A stretch of DNA of 64,000 nt from Acidimicrobiaceae bacterium (GTDB lineage: Bacteria > Actinomycetota > Acidimicrobiia > Acidimicrobiales > Poriferisodalaceae), in the NCBI GenBank assembly GCA_002708935.1, contig PAPO01000024.1:50826-114825 (forward strand), in the 5' to 3' direction. The position numbers and the translations under genes were made by a program. Of the stretch, positions 1-9,656 are shown one piece after another (the stretch's first letter is position 1; the number at the start of each line of letters is the position of its first letter). Below the pieces are notes generated by a model that made no database searches, was not told the DNA's origin, and saw only the letters and a program-made list of their open reading frames with translations.

Positions 1-309
1 AGCTCCGCATGAATGACATAGAGCTTCGACACGGACCATTCCATGGGAGGTGTCAATCTCTGTATCGACGACAGCCTCGGAAAGTGGCTGCCAAAAACTT
101 GGCCAACCAGACCCAGACTCATATTTAGATTCATTTGAAAACAAGTCAGCGTCGCAAACTACGCAGTGATAGGTCCCATCCTGTTTTTGATCCCAAGTCT
201 CACCTGTGAAGGCCTGCTCGGTTCCAGACTCCTGGGTGACGTGGTACTGAAGCGGAGTTAAACGATCTCGTAGGTCTTCTTCAGTAAAAGCTTTTGAATG
301 GTCGCTCAT
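1..309 (-). CDS. msrB: Peptide-methionine (R)-S-oxide reductase MsrB, N-terminal part only (the rest runs off the left window edge)
   Basis: Not in the ORF track because it is open at the window edge. Manual minus-strand translation from ATG 309-307 gives MSDHSKAFTEEDLRDRLTPLQYHVTQESGTEQAFTGETWDQKQDGTYHCVVCDADLFSNESKYESGSGWPSFWQPL...HSCGA. The LTPxQYxVTQ..GTE..FTGE stretch, the CxxC pairs and SGSGWPSF are MsrB hallmarks. Confidence 0.85.
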   Translation of the reverse strand, partial: MSDHSKAFTEEDLRDRLTPLQYHVTQESGTEQAFTGETWDQKQDGTYHCVVCDADLFSNESKYESGSGWPSFWQPLSEAVVDTEIDTSHGMVRVEALCHSCGA

Positions 310-471
310 CGGTAACTCTCAAACACTATTCGGACAAACTGTGGACAAAAATAAGACTATTGCAGTAACCACCTAGAAATCTTATCTGTGGAAATAGATT
401 GTCTTTCCACTAAAAATTCACAGCTTTTCGACACTGGTTAACCACAGGAGCTAAGAGGTAGATTCGAATTC

Positions 472-669
472 ATGGTCTTTGAGTTGATCTTCGTTGATGG
501 TCGAGCAGAAGTAGTTTCTGGTGTTGATAACTATGAACAGGAAGGTCCCATGACGACTTTCTTTCAGTCGGAGGGCCGAAATTATGTGGATTCGTGGTCG
601 CTGCGTATTGCTAGCTACAGAACGGTCGATCTGACTTCTGTCCGCCGAGTGCTGGTAGGTGAACAGTAA
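472..669 (+). CDS. Small hypothetical protein (65 aa)
   Basis: Track ORF with a purine-rich GAGGT motif (458-462) about 9 nt upstream of the ATG. No family recognised. Confidence 0.3.
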   Translation: MVFELIFVDGRAEVVSGVDNYEQEGPMTTFFQSEGRNYVDSWSLRIASYRTVDLTSVRRVLVGEQ

Positions 670-718
670 TTACTTCGGGCATCGACGCTGTTTGTGACAG
701 ATGAAAGGCGCTTTGGGG

Positions 719-1777
719 CTATTTGTCGTCGCTGTTCAAAGATCGGACGATGTCTACGATTCCACCGAGGCTATCCAGGCGTTCCTGGGTGTCGGCGCCT
801 TCAGGTTGGACGCGGAGAACTGAAATACCAGCATCTCGATAGGCGCGGACACGCTCTGTGACTTCAGAGACTGAGCCCAAAAAGTTGGTTTGCAGGATCA
901 ACTCGTCAGGTACCGCTTCGACAGCCTGCTCGCGTTCACCATCAACCCACAATTTTTGGACTTGTTGCGCCGCCATTTCAAAACCGCCACGCCTGTATGC
1001 GTCATTGTAAAAGTTTGTTGTTGGGGAGCCCATAGCTCCCAAGGTGAATGCAACCCCGGGTCTCCTGGGGGCCAGGAGCGGCTCTATTTCGTCACCGAAC
1101 TGGACAGCTCCTCCCGCCTGATACTCGATGGCGGAAGGGTCTCTTCCTGCTGCGGCAGCTCCTTGTTGGACATGCCCGAGCGTGGCAGCAGCGCCGGAGG
1201 GAACAAAGGATGTTCCTGCCCAACCGTCAGCCACTTGGCCTGTGTATTCGAGAGATTTTGGGCCGAGGGTCGCCAACCAAATTGGTATTTGTTCGTTGGC
1301 TGGTTGAGCTAGACGTAAGGCTTTCCCCTCACCTCCCGGGAGAGGTAGTAGGTGGTGGGAGCCTTCGTAGCTAATCTTTTCACCAGCAAATGCTTGTCTG
1401 ACTATGTCTACCGTTTCGCGAAGTCGGGTCAGCGGCTGATGAAATGGGACCCCATGTAATCCTTCAACTACTTGGGGTCCACTTACGCCGAGTCCTAAAA
1501 TAAATCGGTCTTCACTGATAGCAGCCATCGATAGCGCCGTCATAGCGGTCATGACGGGAGTGCGAGCGGAGATTTGTAGGATCCCGGTCCCGAGTTGAAC
1601 TTCGTTGGTTACAGCTGCGAGGTAGGCCAGAGTGCTAACACCATCCATGCCCCATGCTTCGGCTGACCAAATTATGTCCACACCCATTTGTTCGGCTTCG
1701 CGTAAGAATTCAACTTGGATGTCCCAGTCACGCTTCTTGCCTGAAGCGGGACCTCCGAATGCGATAGAAACCTTCAT
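719..1777 (-). CDS. LLM-class (luciferase-like) F420/flavin-dependent oxidoreductase
   Basis: 352 aa. The N-terminal TIM-barrel pattern (VDIIWSAEAWGMDGVSTLAYLAAVTNEVQLGTGILQI, FILGLGVSGPQVVEG) is typical of the luciferase-like monooxygenase family. Confidence 0.8.
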   Translation of the reverse strand: MKVSIAFGGPASGKKRDWDIQVEFLREAEQMGVDIIWSAEAWGMDGVSTLAYLAAVTNEVQLGTGILQISARTPVMTAMTALSMAAISEDRFILGLGVSGPQVVEGLHGVPFHQPLTRLRETVDIVRQAFAGEKISYEGSHHLLPLPGGEGKALRLAQPANEQIPIWLATLGPKSLEYTGQVADGWAGTSFVPSGAAATLGHVQQGAAAAGRDPSAIEYQAGGAVQFGDEIEPLLAPRRPGVAFTLGAMGSPTTNFYNDAYRRGGFEMAAQQVQKLWVDGEREQAVEAVPDELILQTNFLGSVSEVTERVRAYRDAGISVLRVQPEGADTQERLDSLGGIVDIVRSLNSDDK

Positions 1778-1829
1778 ACCTCTTGCCTAGCGCACTACGG
1801 CGGCTCGTGCAGCGCTAGTTTCTGTAGGT

Positions 1830-2675
1830 ATGGAAATTAAACCGCTTACCGGCGCCTTCGGGGCAGAGGTCTTAGACGTTGACCTCAAATCTGGCATCGG
1901 TACAGAGGAATCACGATTGATCGAGGCAGCTCTTGCAGAAAATGTGGTTCTAGTATTTCGAAACCAAGATTTAGATATCGATGGTTTCGAAAGTTTTGCA
2001 GCGAGCATCGGTGATTTTGGTGAGACTCCCTTCATTACACCGGTTGAGGGTCACCCAAACGTGTTGCGAGTTATACGTGAGGCTGAAGAAACGGGACCGC
2101 TGTTTGGAAGTGGGTGGCATAGCGACTGGAGTTTCCAGCAGCGACCACCGAGCGCGACGCTGCTCTACGCGTTGGAGGTTCCAGATGTAGGAGGAGATAC
2201 GGCATTTACCAACCAATATTTGGCTTTCGAAAGTCTTTCAGAACCCATGCAGTCGATTCTTCGTGGTCTGAAAGGGATTCATTCAGCAGAACGGAGTTAT
2301 GGGCCCCAGGGGACCTTTGGACGTCCTGATCCAGACTCTTCGATGGACATACATGGTGATGAGTCGGCGGTTGTGCACCAGACACACCCCTTGGTGCGCT
2401 CCCATCCGCTGACAGGACGTCAGTCACTGTTTGTTAATGAGGTGTACACGGTCGGGATAGAAGGGATGACCAATACTGAAAGCAATTCCCTTCTGGAGTT
2501 CTTATTTGAGCACAGTCGCCAAATCGCTTTCACATGCCGCGTTCGGTGGACTCCGGGGACCCTGACGATATGGGATAACCGAGCGACGCAGCACTTCGCC
2601 ATCAACGACTATGCCGGAAGCAAGAGAGAGATGTATCGGGTTACTTTGGCGGGCGAGCAGCCTGCGTTGAGCTAG
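1830..2675 (+). CDS. TauD/TfdA-family Fe(II)/2-oxoglutarate-dependent dioxygenase
   Basis: 281 aa with WHSDWSF (HxD iron ligands), GGDTAFTN, and a C-terminal WDNRATQH motif as in taurine dioxygenase-like enzymes. Confidence 0.85.
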   Translation: MEIKPLTGAFGAEVLDVDLKSGIGTEESRLIEAALAENVVLVFRNQDLDIDGFESFAASIGDFGETPFITPVEGHPNVLRVIREAEETGPLFGSGWHSDWSFQQRPPSATLLYALEVPDVGGDTAFTNQYLAFESLSEPMQSILRGLKGIHSAERSYGPQGTFGRPDPDSSMDIHGDESAVVHQTHPLVRSHPLTGRQSLFVNEVYTVGIEGMTNTESNSLLEFLFEHSRQIAFTCRVRWTPGTLTIWDNRATQHFAINDYAGSKREMYRVTLAGEQPALS

Positions 2676-3067
2676 TTGGTGAGCGAGTTATCGAGAACAA
2701 CTAAAGGACCCAAAAGAGCCAGATCTTGTAAGGCCTGGTCGTAGAGAAACTTCTCGGTACAGGCGGGTCGAGCCCAGTCCTCTTCGTCTCGTGTTGGGAG
2801 CCTCCCTCTGCCCTGTACGCGAAGATTACCCGTTAGGCGACTGCTCACTAACACGTCTTGATCTAGGAGCATCTGGATGAATTTATCTGGGTTATGGCTG
2901 GGCTCGTCAAACACGTAAAGCTTCAACCCATCGGTGACGAAAGGGGTGATGTAGTGCGTCAGTTTTCCTTGGGATCCGCTGATGTCGAAGCGAAGCATAA
3001 GCGAGTCCTCAAATACTTTGAATGGTGCATCAGCAGACCCGTTCATCGGGACGACCGTAGCAACCAA
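2672..3067 (-). CDS. Hypothetical protein (131 aa; start uncertain, TTG 3067 or ATG 3046)
   Basis: Track ORF fills the gap between convergent and divergent neighbours. No family recognised. Confidence 0.4.
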   Translation of the reverse strand: MVATVVPMNGSADAPFKVFEDSLMLRFDISGSQGKLTHYITPFVTDGLKLYVFDEPSHNPDKFIQMLLDQDVLVSSRLTGNLRVQGRGRLPTRDEEDWARPACTEKFLYDQALQDLALLGPLVVLDNSLTN

Positions 3068-3138
3068 AGGGCGTGCAAGGTTGCCAGGAAGTAGCTTCTT
3101 CGTAGGAGTGAACTATCAGAGACGCCGGGGGTTTCAAG

Positions 3139-4035
3139 ATGTCGGTTCAACAAGGCGAATATTGCGGATTTCTCACAACGGTTGAGGAACCTGGAATTCT
3201 CGTAGTGACGTTCAACCGTCCAGAGAGCCTGAATGCATCTACTGCTGCAATGAAAAGGGATTTAGTTGAGTTGCTGACACAAACTCAAATGGACGACGCT
3301 ATCCGGATCGTTGTCTTCACGGGGCAAGGTTCGGCGTTTTGGGCGGGAGATGACCTAAAGGGTTACGGCGGAGACAGCGTCCAAGTGCCACAGATTCATC
3401 ATGGGCACCACAACCCCTCCGGCACCTACAACGGTTTGCGAACGATATCTCAGGCGGTAAACACCGCAGTTCGGAATCTCGACAAGATTTCCATCGCAGC
3501 AATAAATGGCTTCGCCATCCAAACAGGCTTCTCACTTGCTTTAGCCTGCGATTTCCGTATTGCTTCGAGGTCAGCAAAATTGGGAAGTGCAACACTCAGA
3601 TTTGGGCTGTTACCTGATGAAGGTGGCCAATGGTTGTTAGTGCAACATTTGGGAGTGGCGAAGGCAACCGACTTCATGATGCGTAAACGAATTGTTGACG
3701 GTGAAACAGCCCATGAGTTGGGGCTAGTACATGAGGTTGTCGATGATGACAGTCTGATGGATGAAACTCTGTCATTAGCTCGAGAACTAGCCGACGGGCC
3801 ACAAGTCGCGATGAGAATGCTGAAGCGCTCGATCCTTTTGGCAGCAGACTTAACATGGGATCAGTCGCTTGATGAGATAGCTGCGAAGACGGCCGTTACT
3901 GACCATCTACCCGATGCTCGTGAAGGTGCTGCAGCATTTATCGAAAAGCGTCAACCCCAATTCAATGGATGGTTAGAAGGTCGTGTCGACCCACCCATGG
4001 ATGGGCCTGCTCCATGGGAAGCTGACTCAGAGTAA
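3139..4035 (+). CDS. Enoyl-CoA hydratase/isomerase (crotonase) family protein
   Basis: 298 aa with the crotonase patterns FTGQGSAFWAGDDLK and AAINGFAIQTGFSLALACDFRIA. Confidence 0.8.
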   Translation: MSVQQGEYCGFLTTVEEPGILVVTFNRPESLNASTAAMKRDLVELLTQTQMDDAIRIVVFTGQGSAFWAGDDLKGYGGDSVQVPQIHHGHHNPSGTYNGLRTISQAVNTAVRNLDKISIAAINGFAIQTGFSLALACDFRIASRSAKLGSATLRFGLLPDEGGQWLLVQHLGVAKATDFMMRKRIVDGETAHELGLVHEVVDDDSLMDETLSLARELADGPQVAMRMLKRSILLAADLTWDQSLDEIAAKTAVTDHLPDAREGAAAFIEKRQPQFNGWLEGRVDPPMDGPAPWEADSE

Positions 4036-4076
4036 AGCACGATAAGCAGAGCAGAAAAGTGAGGGACCTGGTGGCG

Positions 4077-5174
4077 TTAATGACCCGCGTTTGTTAATTC
4101 TTCAAGAGCGCCCAACAACAGTGTTACGTTCCGCATCCGTGCTGTGTGACCCATGCAACCAATCCTCCACACCTTTCCAGCAACTGGTCCGAGCCCGCCA
4201 CCGATTTCGATGCCATAACGATCTAGTAGGTGCTGGCGACTCTTAACGTCGTCGAGCCCTTCAGGGATAGACACTGTCGTGAGTTCGGGGAGCCGATACC
4301 CCTCTTGAGCCCATAACTCGAAGCCAAGTTCTGGTAGACGACTGTGGAGCTCATCGCCGCAAGATTGATGGCGGCCCAAGGTTTGTTCGAGCCCTTCGGA
4401 TAGCACCACCCCTAAGCCGGCATGTAAGGCATACAGCATCGAGATGGGCGCCGTGTGGTGGTAAGCACGAGCACCGTCCCCGGATACGTATTCCTTAATC
4501 ATGTTGAGGTCGAGATACCAGCTTTGCGGAGTCTCAACGAGCCTCTCCATCGCTCTGTGGCTAACAGTTAGTGGAGATAAGCCAGGTGGAACGCCGAGGC
4601 ATTTCTGGGTCCCGCTGTAGGCGATATCGACGTTCCATTCATCAATTAGCACTGGTATTCCCGCAAGAGAAGTCACACAATCAACCAAAAGCAAAGAATC
4701 ACCTTTGTTTGCTCCCAACTCGGCGATGTCATTTCGCACCCCGGTTGAGGTCTCTGCGTGTACGAGTGCGATGATCGATGGGTTGGGGTGGGCATCTAAG
4801 AGGCGTTGGGGATCTATGGTGCGTCCCCAATCTTCCTCGACTCGGGTGACTGTCGCTCCTGCACGAGTTGCTACTTCGCACATTCGGTTCCCAAAAACAC
4901 CGTTAACACCGATTACTACGTCATCGCCCGGGGTAATGAAATTCACAAAGGAGGTTTCCATACCAGCAGAGCCAGTGGCGCTAATTGGAAAAGTTAATGC
5001 GTTGTTCGTCTGCCATACCTCGCGTAGACGGTCGTTCGTTTCGTCTAGAAGCGATATGAATTCCGGATCTAGGTGTCCAAGGACAGGCCGATTGAAGGCT
5101 TCCATTACTTCTGGGTATGGATTACTCGGGCCGGGGCCCATCAATATTCGATCGCTATGAATCACGCCGAGCAA
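4077..5174 (-). CDS. Class V aminotransferase (serine-pyruvate / alanine-glyoxylate aminotransferase-like)
   Basis: 365 aa with LMGPGPSNPYPEV near the N-terminus and SGTQKCLGVPPGLSP (PLP-lysine region), typical of the AGXT/SPT family. Confidence 0.8.
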   Translation of the reverse strand: MLGVIHSDRILMGPGPSNPYPEVMEAFNRPVLGHLDPEFISLLDETNDRLREVWQTNNALTFPISATGSAGMETSFVNFITPGDDVVIGVNGVFGNRMCEVATRAGATVTRVEEDWGRTIDPQRLLDAHPNPSIIALVHAETSTGVRNDIAELGANKGDSLLLVDCVTSLAGIPVLIDEWNVDIAYSGTQKCLGVPPGLSPLTVSHRAMERLVETPQSWYLDLNMIKEYVSGDGARAYHHTAPISMLYALHAGLGVVLSEGLEQTLGRHQSCGDELHSRLPELGFELWAQEGYRLPELTTVSIPEGLDDVKSRQHLLDRYGIEIGGGLGPVAGKVWRIGCMGHTARMRNVTLLLGALEELTNAGH

Positions 5175-5208
5175 CCGTAGTCAGAGGATCAGCTTTATGC
5201 ACAATCGT

Positions 5209-6093
5209 CTATGACGACTCCACCGCTAGTCGCGTAATCAAACTGCTTGTATCCCAGCGACCACCTCCGCCTCTTTGAATTTCTGCGTAGTAAGAGTCGA
5301 CCAGTCTCGTGATGTCCACGGCGGTCCGAAGACGGTTTGCCTCTTCGATAACAATTCCCAGATCTTTTCTCATCCAGTCCACAGCGAACCCGAAATCAAA
5401 CTCATTACGAATCATTGTGGAGCCACGATTTTCCATTTGCCATGAGCCAGCTGCTCCTTTGCTGATGGTTTCAAGTACGAGTTCGAGGTTCAGCCCACTG
5501 CGCTTACCGAATTCAAGAGCCTCTGAGAGTCCTTGCAGTAGGCCCGCAATACAAATTTGGTTGACCATTTTAGTTAGTTGGCCTGATCCGCTGGGGCCGA
5601 TCAGATTGCAGGCTTGGCTGTAGACAGAAATTATTGGTTCGGCAAGAGAGAACCATCGCTGATGGCCGCCGCACATGACGGTCAAGGTGCCGTTTTCGGC
5701 GCCTGCCTGCCCTCCAGATATAGGCGCATCAAGAAATCCGACCTCGTGCGCAGCGCAGAGTTCATTGAGCTCGTTTGCAAGCTTGGCCGAAGCTGTGGTG
5801 TGGTCAACAATCAACGTGTCAGGTGCCATACCGGCAAGTACCCCGTCGTCATCTAACACAACAGAGCGAACATCATCGTCATTGCCGACGCAGAGAAAGG
5901 CTATTTCTGCGCCATCAACGGCGAGTCGCGGAGTTGCCGCTGAGGTCCCTTTGTTTTCTTGAATCCAAGCTTCAGATTTTGATGCCGTTCTGTTATAGAC
6001 GGATACGACATGGCCAGCTTCTGATAGATGCCTGGCCATCGGAAAGCCCATAACTCCTAAACCGATGAATGCAACTTTCTTTGGCGTAGTCAT
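5209..6093 (-). CDS. NAD(P)-dependent 3-hydroxyisobutyrate / 2-hydroxy-3-oxopropionate reductase family dehydrogenase
   Basis: 294 aa. Has the Rossmann motif VAFIGLGVMGFPMARHL, DAPISGG, and the LTKMVNQ pattern of the beta-hydroxyacid dehydrogenase family. Confidence 0.8.
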   Translation of the reverse strand: MTTPKKVAFIGLGVMGFPMARHLSEAGHVVSVYNRTASKSEAWIQENKGTSAATPRLAVDGAEIAFLCVGNDDDVRSVVLDDDGVLAGMAPDTLIVDHTTASAKLANELNELCAAHEVGFLDAPISGGQAGAENGTLTVMCGGHQRWFSLAEPIISVYSQACNLIGPSGSGQLTKMVNQICIAGLLQGLSEALEFGKRSGLNLELVLETISKGAAGSWQMENRGSTMIRNEFDFGFAVDWMRKDLGIVIEEANRLRTAVDITRLVDSYYAEIQRGGGGRWDTSSLITRLAVESS

Positions 6094-6164
6094 AAAGCTT
6101 TCCTTTGGTATACGAAAGTATTCAAATCAGAAGCAACTAATTCTGAGGTTGGCCCTGTCTCGGC

Positions 6165-7664
6165 TTAAGTTGCAGTTTCATTCTCAGCGATCAGAACACG
6201 GACTTCGTGTTTCAATACTTTGCCCATCACGTTTCTCGGGAGCTGCTCCGTCCAGATCACCCGCTTTGGGTGCTTAAAGCGAGCGATTTGCCCATCGAAA
6301 AGTTGAAGAACAGCTTCGCTATTCTGTTCGGAACCCTCAGCGGCGACAGCTACGACTACGGGAATTTCACCCCAACGGCTATCGCTCACCCCCACGACTG
6401 TTGCCTCCGAAAGTAGATCACTTTCTGCAAGTACGTTTTCCAACTCAGCAGGGTAAATATTCTCTCCTCCAGAGATGACTACGTCTTTCTTGCGGTCGTC
6501 GATATAGAGCCAACCCTCGGTATCCATATGTCCGATATCGCCGGTGTGGAACCAACCGTCGGTTATTGACTCAGATGTGGCGTCGGGATTGCCCCAATAA
6601 CTCGTCAAAACATTTGGTCCGCGCACCCATAGTTCACCAGATTCTCCTGCCGCTACGTCAACGCCTTCATCGTTGACGATGCGAACGTCGCAAAGAGTTG
6701 CAGCTTTACCGCAAGAGCCAGGTCGTTGAGCAGCCTGATCGATTCTCAAAACCACTGCGGTTGGAGAGGTTTCGGTAGCTCCATAAACCTGACCTACAGA
6801 GATTCCGCGTTCGAAGAAGGGTCGAGTTGCCGCCTCTGGGATTGTCGACGACCCCGCCATGAGGCCCTTGAGGGACGATAGATCCGCTTCCGCGAATGCT
6901 GGGTGATTGGTTACGGCATTTAAAGTCGCCGGAACGAACAGAGACCAAGTGGGCTGCCACCTTTCGACATCTTTGAGCCACTGCCCGGGGTCGAAGGAAC
7001 TGTGTAGAAGAACTGATGCGCCTCCCATTAATGCGGGGAGTGTCTGAATGTTGAGTCCACCGACATGAAATAGGGGCAGAAAAGTCAGGAAGCGGTCATT
7101 GGAAGTTAAGTCGTGGGCATGGGCGCCATTGACAGCGTTGGCCGCCAGCGCACTTTGAGACAGGAGTGCTCCCTTGGGCGTTCCAGTAGTTCCGGAGGTG
7201 TATGCAAGTAAAACAGGGTCATCAGGCTGACCGGATCTAGGAGTTACCTCGATGGGCTCAGATTGAGAGACCTCAGCTAGTGAAAATACTGGTGTCTCTT
7301 CCGCAGCCTCTGCTGCATGTTCGGCGAAGTCCTTGTGAGCTACAACAAGCCTGGGCCCTGCGTCTTGAAGAATCCAACGATGTTCAGCGATGAGCAGGCG
7401 CGAGTTCAGAGGCAGAAAGATCGCTCCCAATCGGGAACAAGCGAGTAGTAACTCGATTGCTAGCGGGTGGTTTGGTCCTAGCCAAGCAACTCGATCGCCA
7501 GGTTCGACTTCATGCAGGTGTAACCAACCAGCTATTGATGCAATCCTTGTGGAGAGCTGCTGGTAACTGGTTTTGTCACCTTCGAACTCAACAGCGAGCG
7601 CGTCGGGTTGGTGGTCAGCCCACTTGTCTACCCATGATGCGAGATCCGATCCGTTACTCCACAT
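6165..7664 (-). CDS. AMP-dependent acyl-CoA synthetase/ligase
   Basis: 499 aa with AYTSGTTGTPKGA (AMP-binding P-loop), YGATE and GWFHTGDIG motifs. Confidence 0.85.
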   Translation of the reverse strand: MWSNGSDLASWVDKWADHQPDALAVEFEGDKTSYQQLSTRIASIAGWLHLHEVEPGDRVAWLGPNHPLAIELLLACSRLGAIFLPLNSRLLIAEHRWILQDAGPRLVVAHKDFAEHAAEAAEETPVFSLAEVSQSEPIEVTPRSGQPDDPVLLAYTSGTTGTPKGALLSQSALAANAVNGAHAHDLTSNDRFLTFLPLFHVGGLNIQTLPALMGGASVLLHSSFDPGQWLKDVERWQPTWSLFVPATLNAVTNHPAFAEADLSSLKGLMAGSSTIPEAATRPFFERGISVGQVYGATETSPTAVVLRIDQAAQRPGSCGKAATLCDVRIVNDEGVDVAAGESGELWVRGPNVLTSYWGNPDATSESITDGWFHTGDIGHMDTEGWLYIDDRKKDVVISGGENIYPAELENVLAESDLLSEATVVGVSDSRWGEIPVVVAVAAEGSEQNSEAVLQLFDGQIARFKHPKRVIWTEQLPRNVMGKVLKHEVRVLIAENETAT

Positions 7665-7675
7665 GAGAAGTGCCG

Positions 7676-8722
7676 TTATACCAAATCACCTTGCAACACA
7701 CCTTCTATGACGACAGGATCGCCGTCTAAGGCCACGGTGTGATTTCGCATGGGAAGATCGAAATGGCCGAGCGTATGTCGACCGGCGTGTTCGTTGGCCC
7801 CTGTCGAATAAAGAAAGTTGCCTGCAAATGCTCGTTGTTCAGTCCCGTTGGTTTGGCTTCTGTCATACAAAGGCAAGGTGTCCCAGCGAGCCCCAGGATT
7901 CATGCCCCATCCAATGTGGCTAGTTGCGTAGGCGTCGGGGTCACCCCATGCATCTGAATAGCTGCGGAAAAGAGACGCATCGGTACCTTCGCCTGCGACA
8001 TCAACCACATAGTCGTTTTCGATCGTAAGTGTTACAGGAGACTCGATATAACGCTTGAACGTCAAATTCATGTCACCTCGATCCATGACGATTACGCCAT
8101 TTACTGTGTTGGCTTTGGGGAAGGCTAAACACAAGCCGCCGGGCCAATGAGAGATCGACCCCGCTTGGGTTGTGTAGCCCCAACCGCCGCCGCAAGGAGC
8201 GTCGCTTAGGTTTACAACTACGTCGGTTCCAGCGGCCGATGTCACATGCATCTCTGTTGCTTTGATCAGCTTCTTGATTCCCGTCTTGACTTTAGGTTCA
8301 AGGTCCTCTGTCGGCATCAATCTCTCAAGGGCCTCTGGATGTTCGTTCGAGACCATCAACACCCGACTGCCATCGGCCAAAATCTCTGGCAGCTCGGGAG
8401 CGTGCAGTAAACCTTCAACAGTGCAGTCGACGACGAAGTCGACTGAAGCAAGTGCCTTTATGACAGCTGTTGAACCGGCGATCGCGTCTGACGCTCCCGT
8501 CGACCTGACGGGGACGGGAGAGTTTTGACGCAACGTGGGGAGAACTATGTGAATTGGGCGGATACCTAATCGATCCAAAGCAAGTTCCGCCAAATTTACG
8601 TTGACGTTTCGACTTTGAGTTTCAGAAAGGATTGCTGCGGTTTGGGTCTTATCGACGGCGCACATTTCGAACACGCGAGCGAACACGTCAATCCATTTTC
8701 CTTCGATGCGCTCTACAAGCAT
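7676..8722 (-). CDS. NicX-like 2,5-dihydroxypyridine 5,6-dioxygenase / aminopeptidase-T (M29)-like family protein
   Basis: The track ORF extends to 8752. I prefer ATG 8722-8720, which is preceded by AGGAGGAA. By-eye resemblance to NicX includes LMPTED, SHIGWGMNP, GNFLYSTGAN and HFDLPMRN. Assignment is from memory of the family, not a search. Confidence 0.55.
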   Translation of the reverse strand: MLVERIEGKWIDVFARVFEMCAVDKTQTAAILSETQSRNVNVNLAELALDRLGIRPIHIVLPTLRQNSPVPVRSTGASDAIAGSTAVIKALASVDFVVDCTVEGLLHAPELPEILADGSRVLMVSNEHPEALERLMPTEDLEPKVKTGIKKLIKATEMHVTSAAGTDVVVNLSDAPCGGGWGYTTQAGSISHWPGGLCLAFPKANTVNGVIVMDRGDMNLTFKRYIESPVTLTIENDYVVDVAGEGTDASLFRSYSDAWGDPDAYATSHIGWGMNPGARWDTLPLYDRSQTNGTEQRAFAGNFLYSTGANEHAGRHTLGHFDLPMRNHTVALDGDPVVIEGVLQGDLV

Positions 8723-8858
8723 GCTTCCTCCTGGTATACAGCGTGAAATCAATATCTGAGACCTAGTTAAGCATTGATGACTGCGAATCGATCAAGATTC
8801 CTGGGATCTGACTGACGATGGCAAAATTAGTTTCTCGCGGGATTAGAAACTCTGGTGA

Positions 8859-9557
8859 TCAAAGGTGGTCGCGCGGATCTAAATCAGTCCCATGGAGGTG
8901 GGACGTGTCGTTGTATCTCCGACACATCCACCTTCGTCCTCGCTCCCCACCAGAAACGACCTCTAATTCGGTGATGGAGGTGACGTTGGGCGCAAGTTCC
9001 GTATGCCACTGGTTCGGTCCCAGCCCAAAGGCGATCGCCATTGCGGCTGAAATAACACCGCCGTGGCACCCGATCAGAATGGTAGAGCCCACATGAGTGC
9101 TTCCGATCTGACTCAATGCTTGGCCCACTCGGTGACGGAATCCTGCTCTGCTGTCAGCACCGGGGATTATCGGGACAAATGGGTCTCGTTGCTCGAAGTT
9201 GCCGAGGTCATATCGCTCTCTGACCTGCTCCCAGGTCAGGCCGTCGGCTTCGCCTAGTCGGAACTCTTCGAGGTCAGAATGAATGTTTATTTCATGTTGT
9301 TGCAAAGCACAAGACAGGACAATCTCGGTGGTTTCGATGGCTCGAGGAAGTGGGGATGAATAGACGACATCGATTGAATTTTCGTTTCCACTAGCCAACC
9401 TCTCACCCAAACAAGCTGCTTGTTCTTTCCCGCGGGCAGAGAGTCCTGAACAAGTGTTGGGGCCACCGACCACACCGTCGACCATGACGTTGGATTCTCC
9501 GTGGCGAATCAGAAGAAACCTTGTCGTGAAGGTGCGGTCAGTCTGCGTTTCTGTCAT
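8859..9557 (-). CDS. Histidine phosphatase (phosphoglycerate mutase-like) family protein
   Basis: 232 aa with the catalytic motif LIRHGESN and a later CHGGVI motif. Confidence 0.8.
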   Translation of the reverse strand: MTETQTDRTFTTRFLLIRHGESNVMVDGVVGGPNTCSGLSARGKEQAACLGERLASGNENSIDVVYSSPLPRAIETTEIVLSCALQQHEINIHSDLEEFRLGEADGLTWEQVRERYDLGNFEQRDPFVPIIPGADSRAGFRHRVGQALSQIGSTHVGSTILIGCHGGVISAAMAIAFGLGPNQWHTELAPNVTSITELEVVSGGERGRRWMCRRYNDTSHLHGTDLDPRDHL

Positions 9558-9656
9558 CGAGGCACTCTAGAGGTAGAAAGGTATTTGCAGTCAAAACTTG
9601 ATCAGCTGACGTAGCCTACGGTTTCGAGCACCGCCCGCTAACCGGAGAACGACCTG

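Noticed and set aside
2672-2675. The convergent TauD-like and 131-aa genes share the palindrome CTAG as overlapping stop codons.
   Set aside because: This is real in the sequence but is a trivial consequence of compact convergent genes, with no functional implication that I can support.
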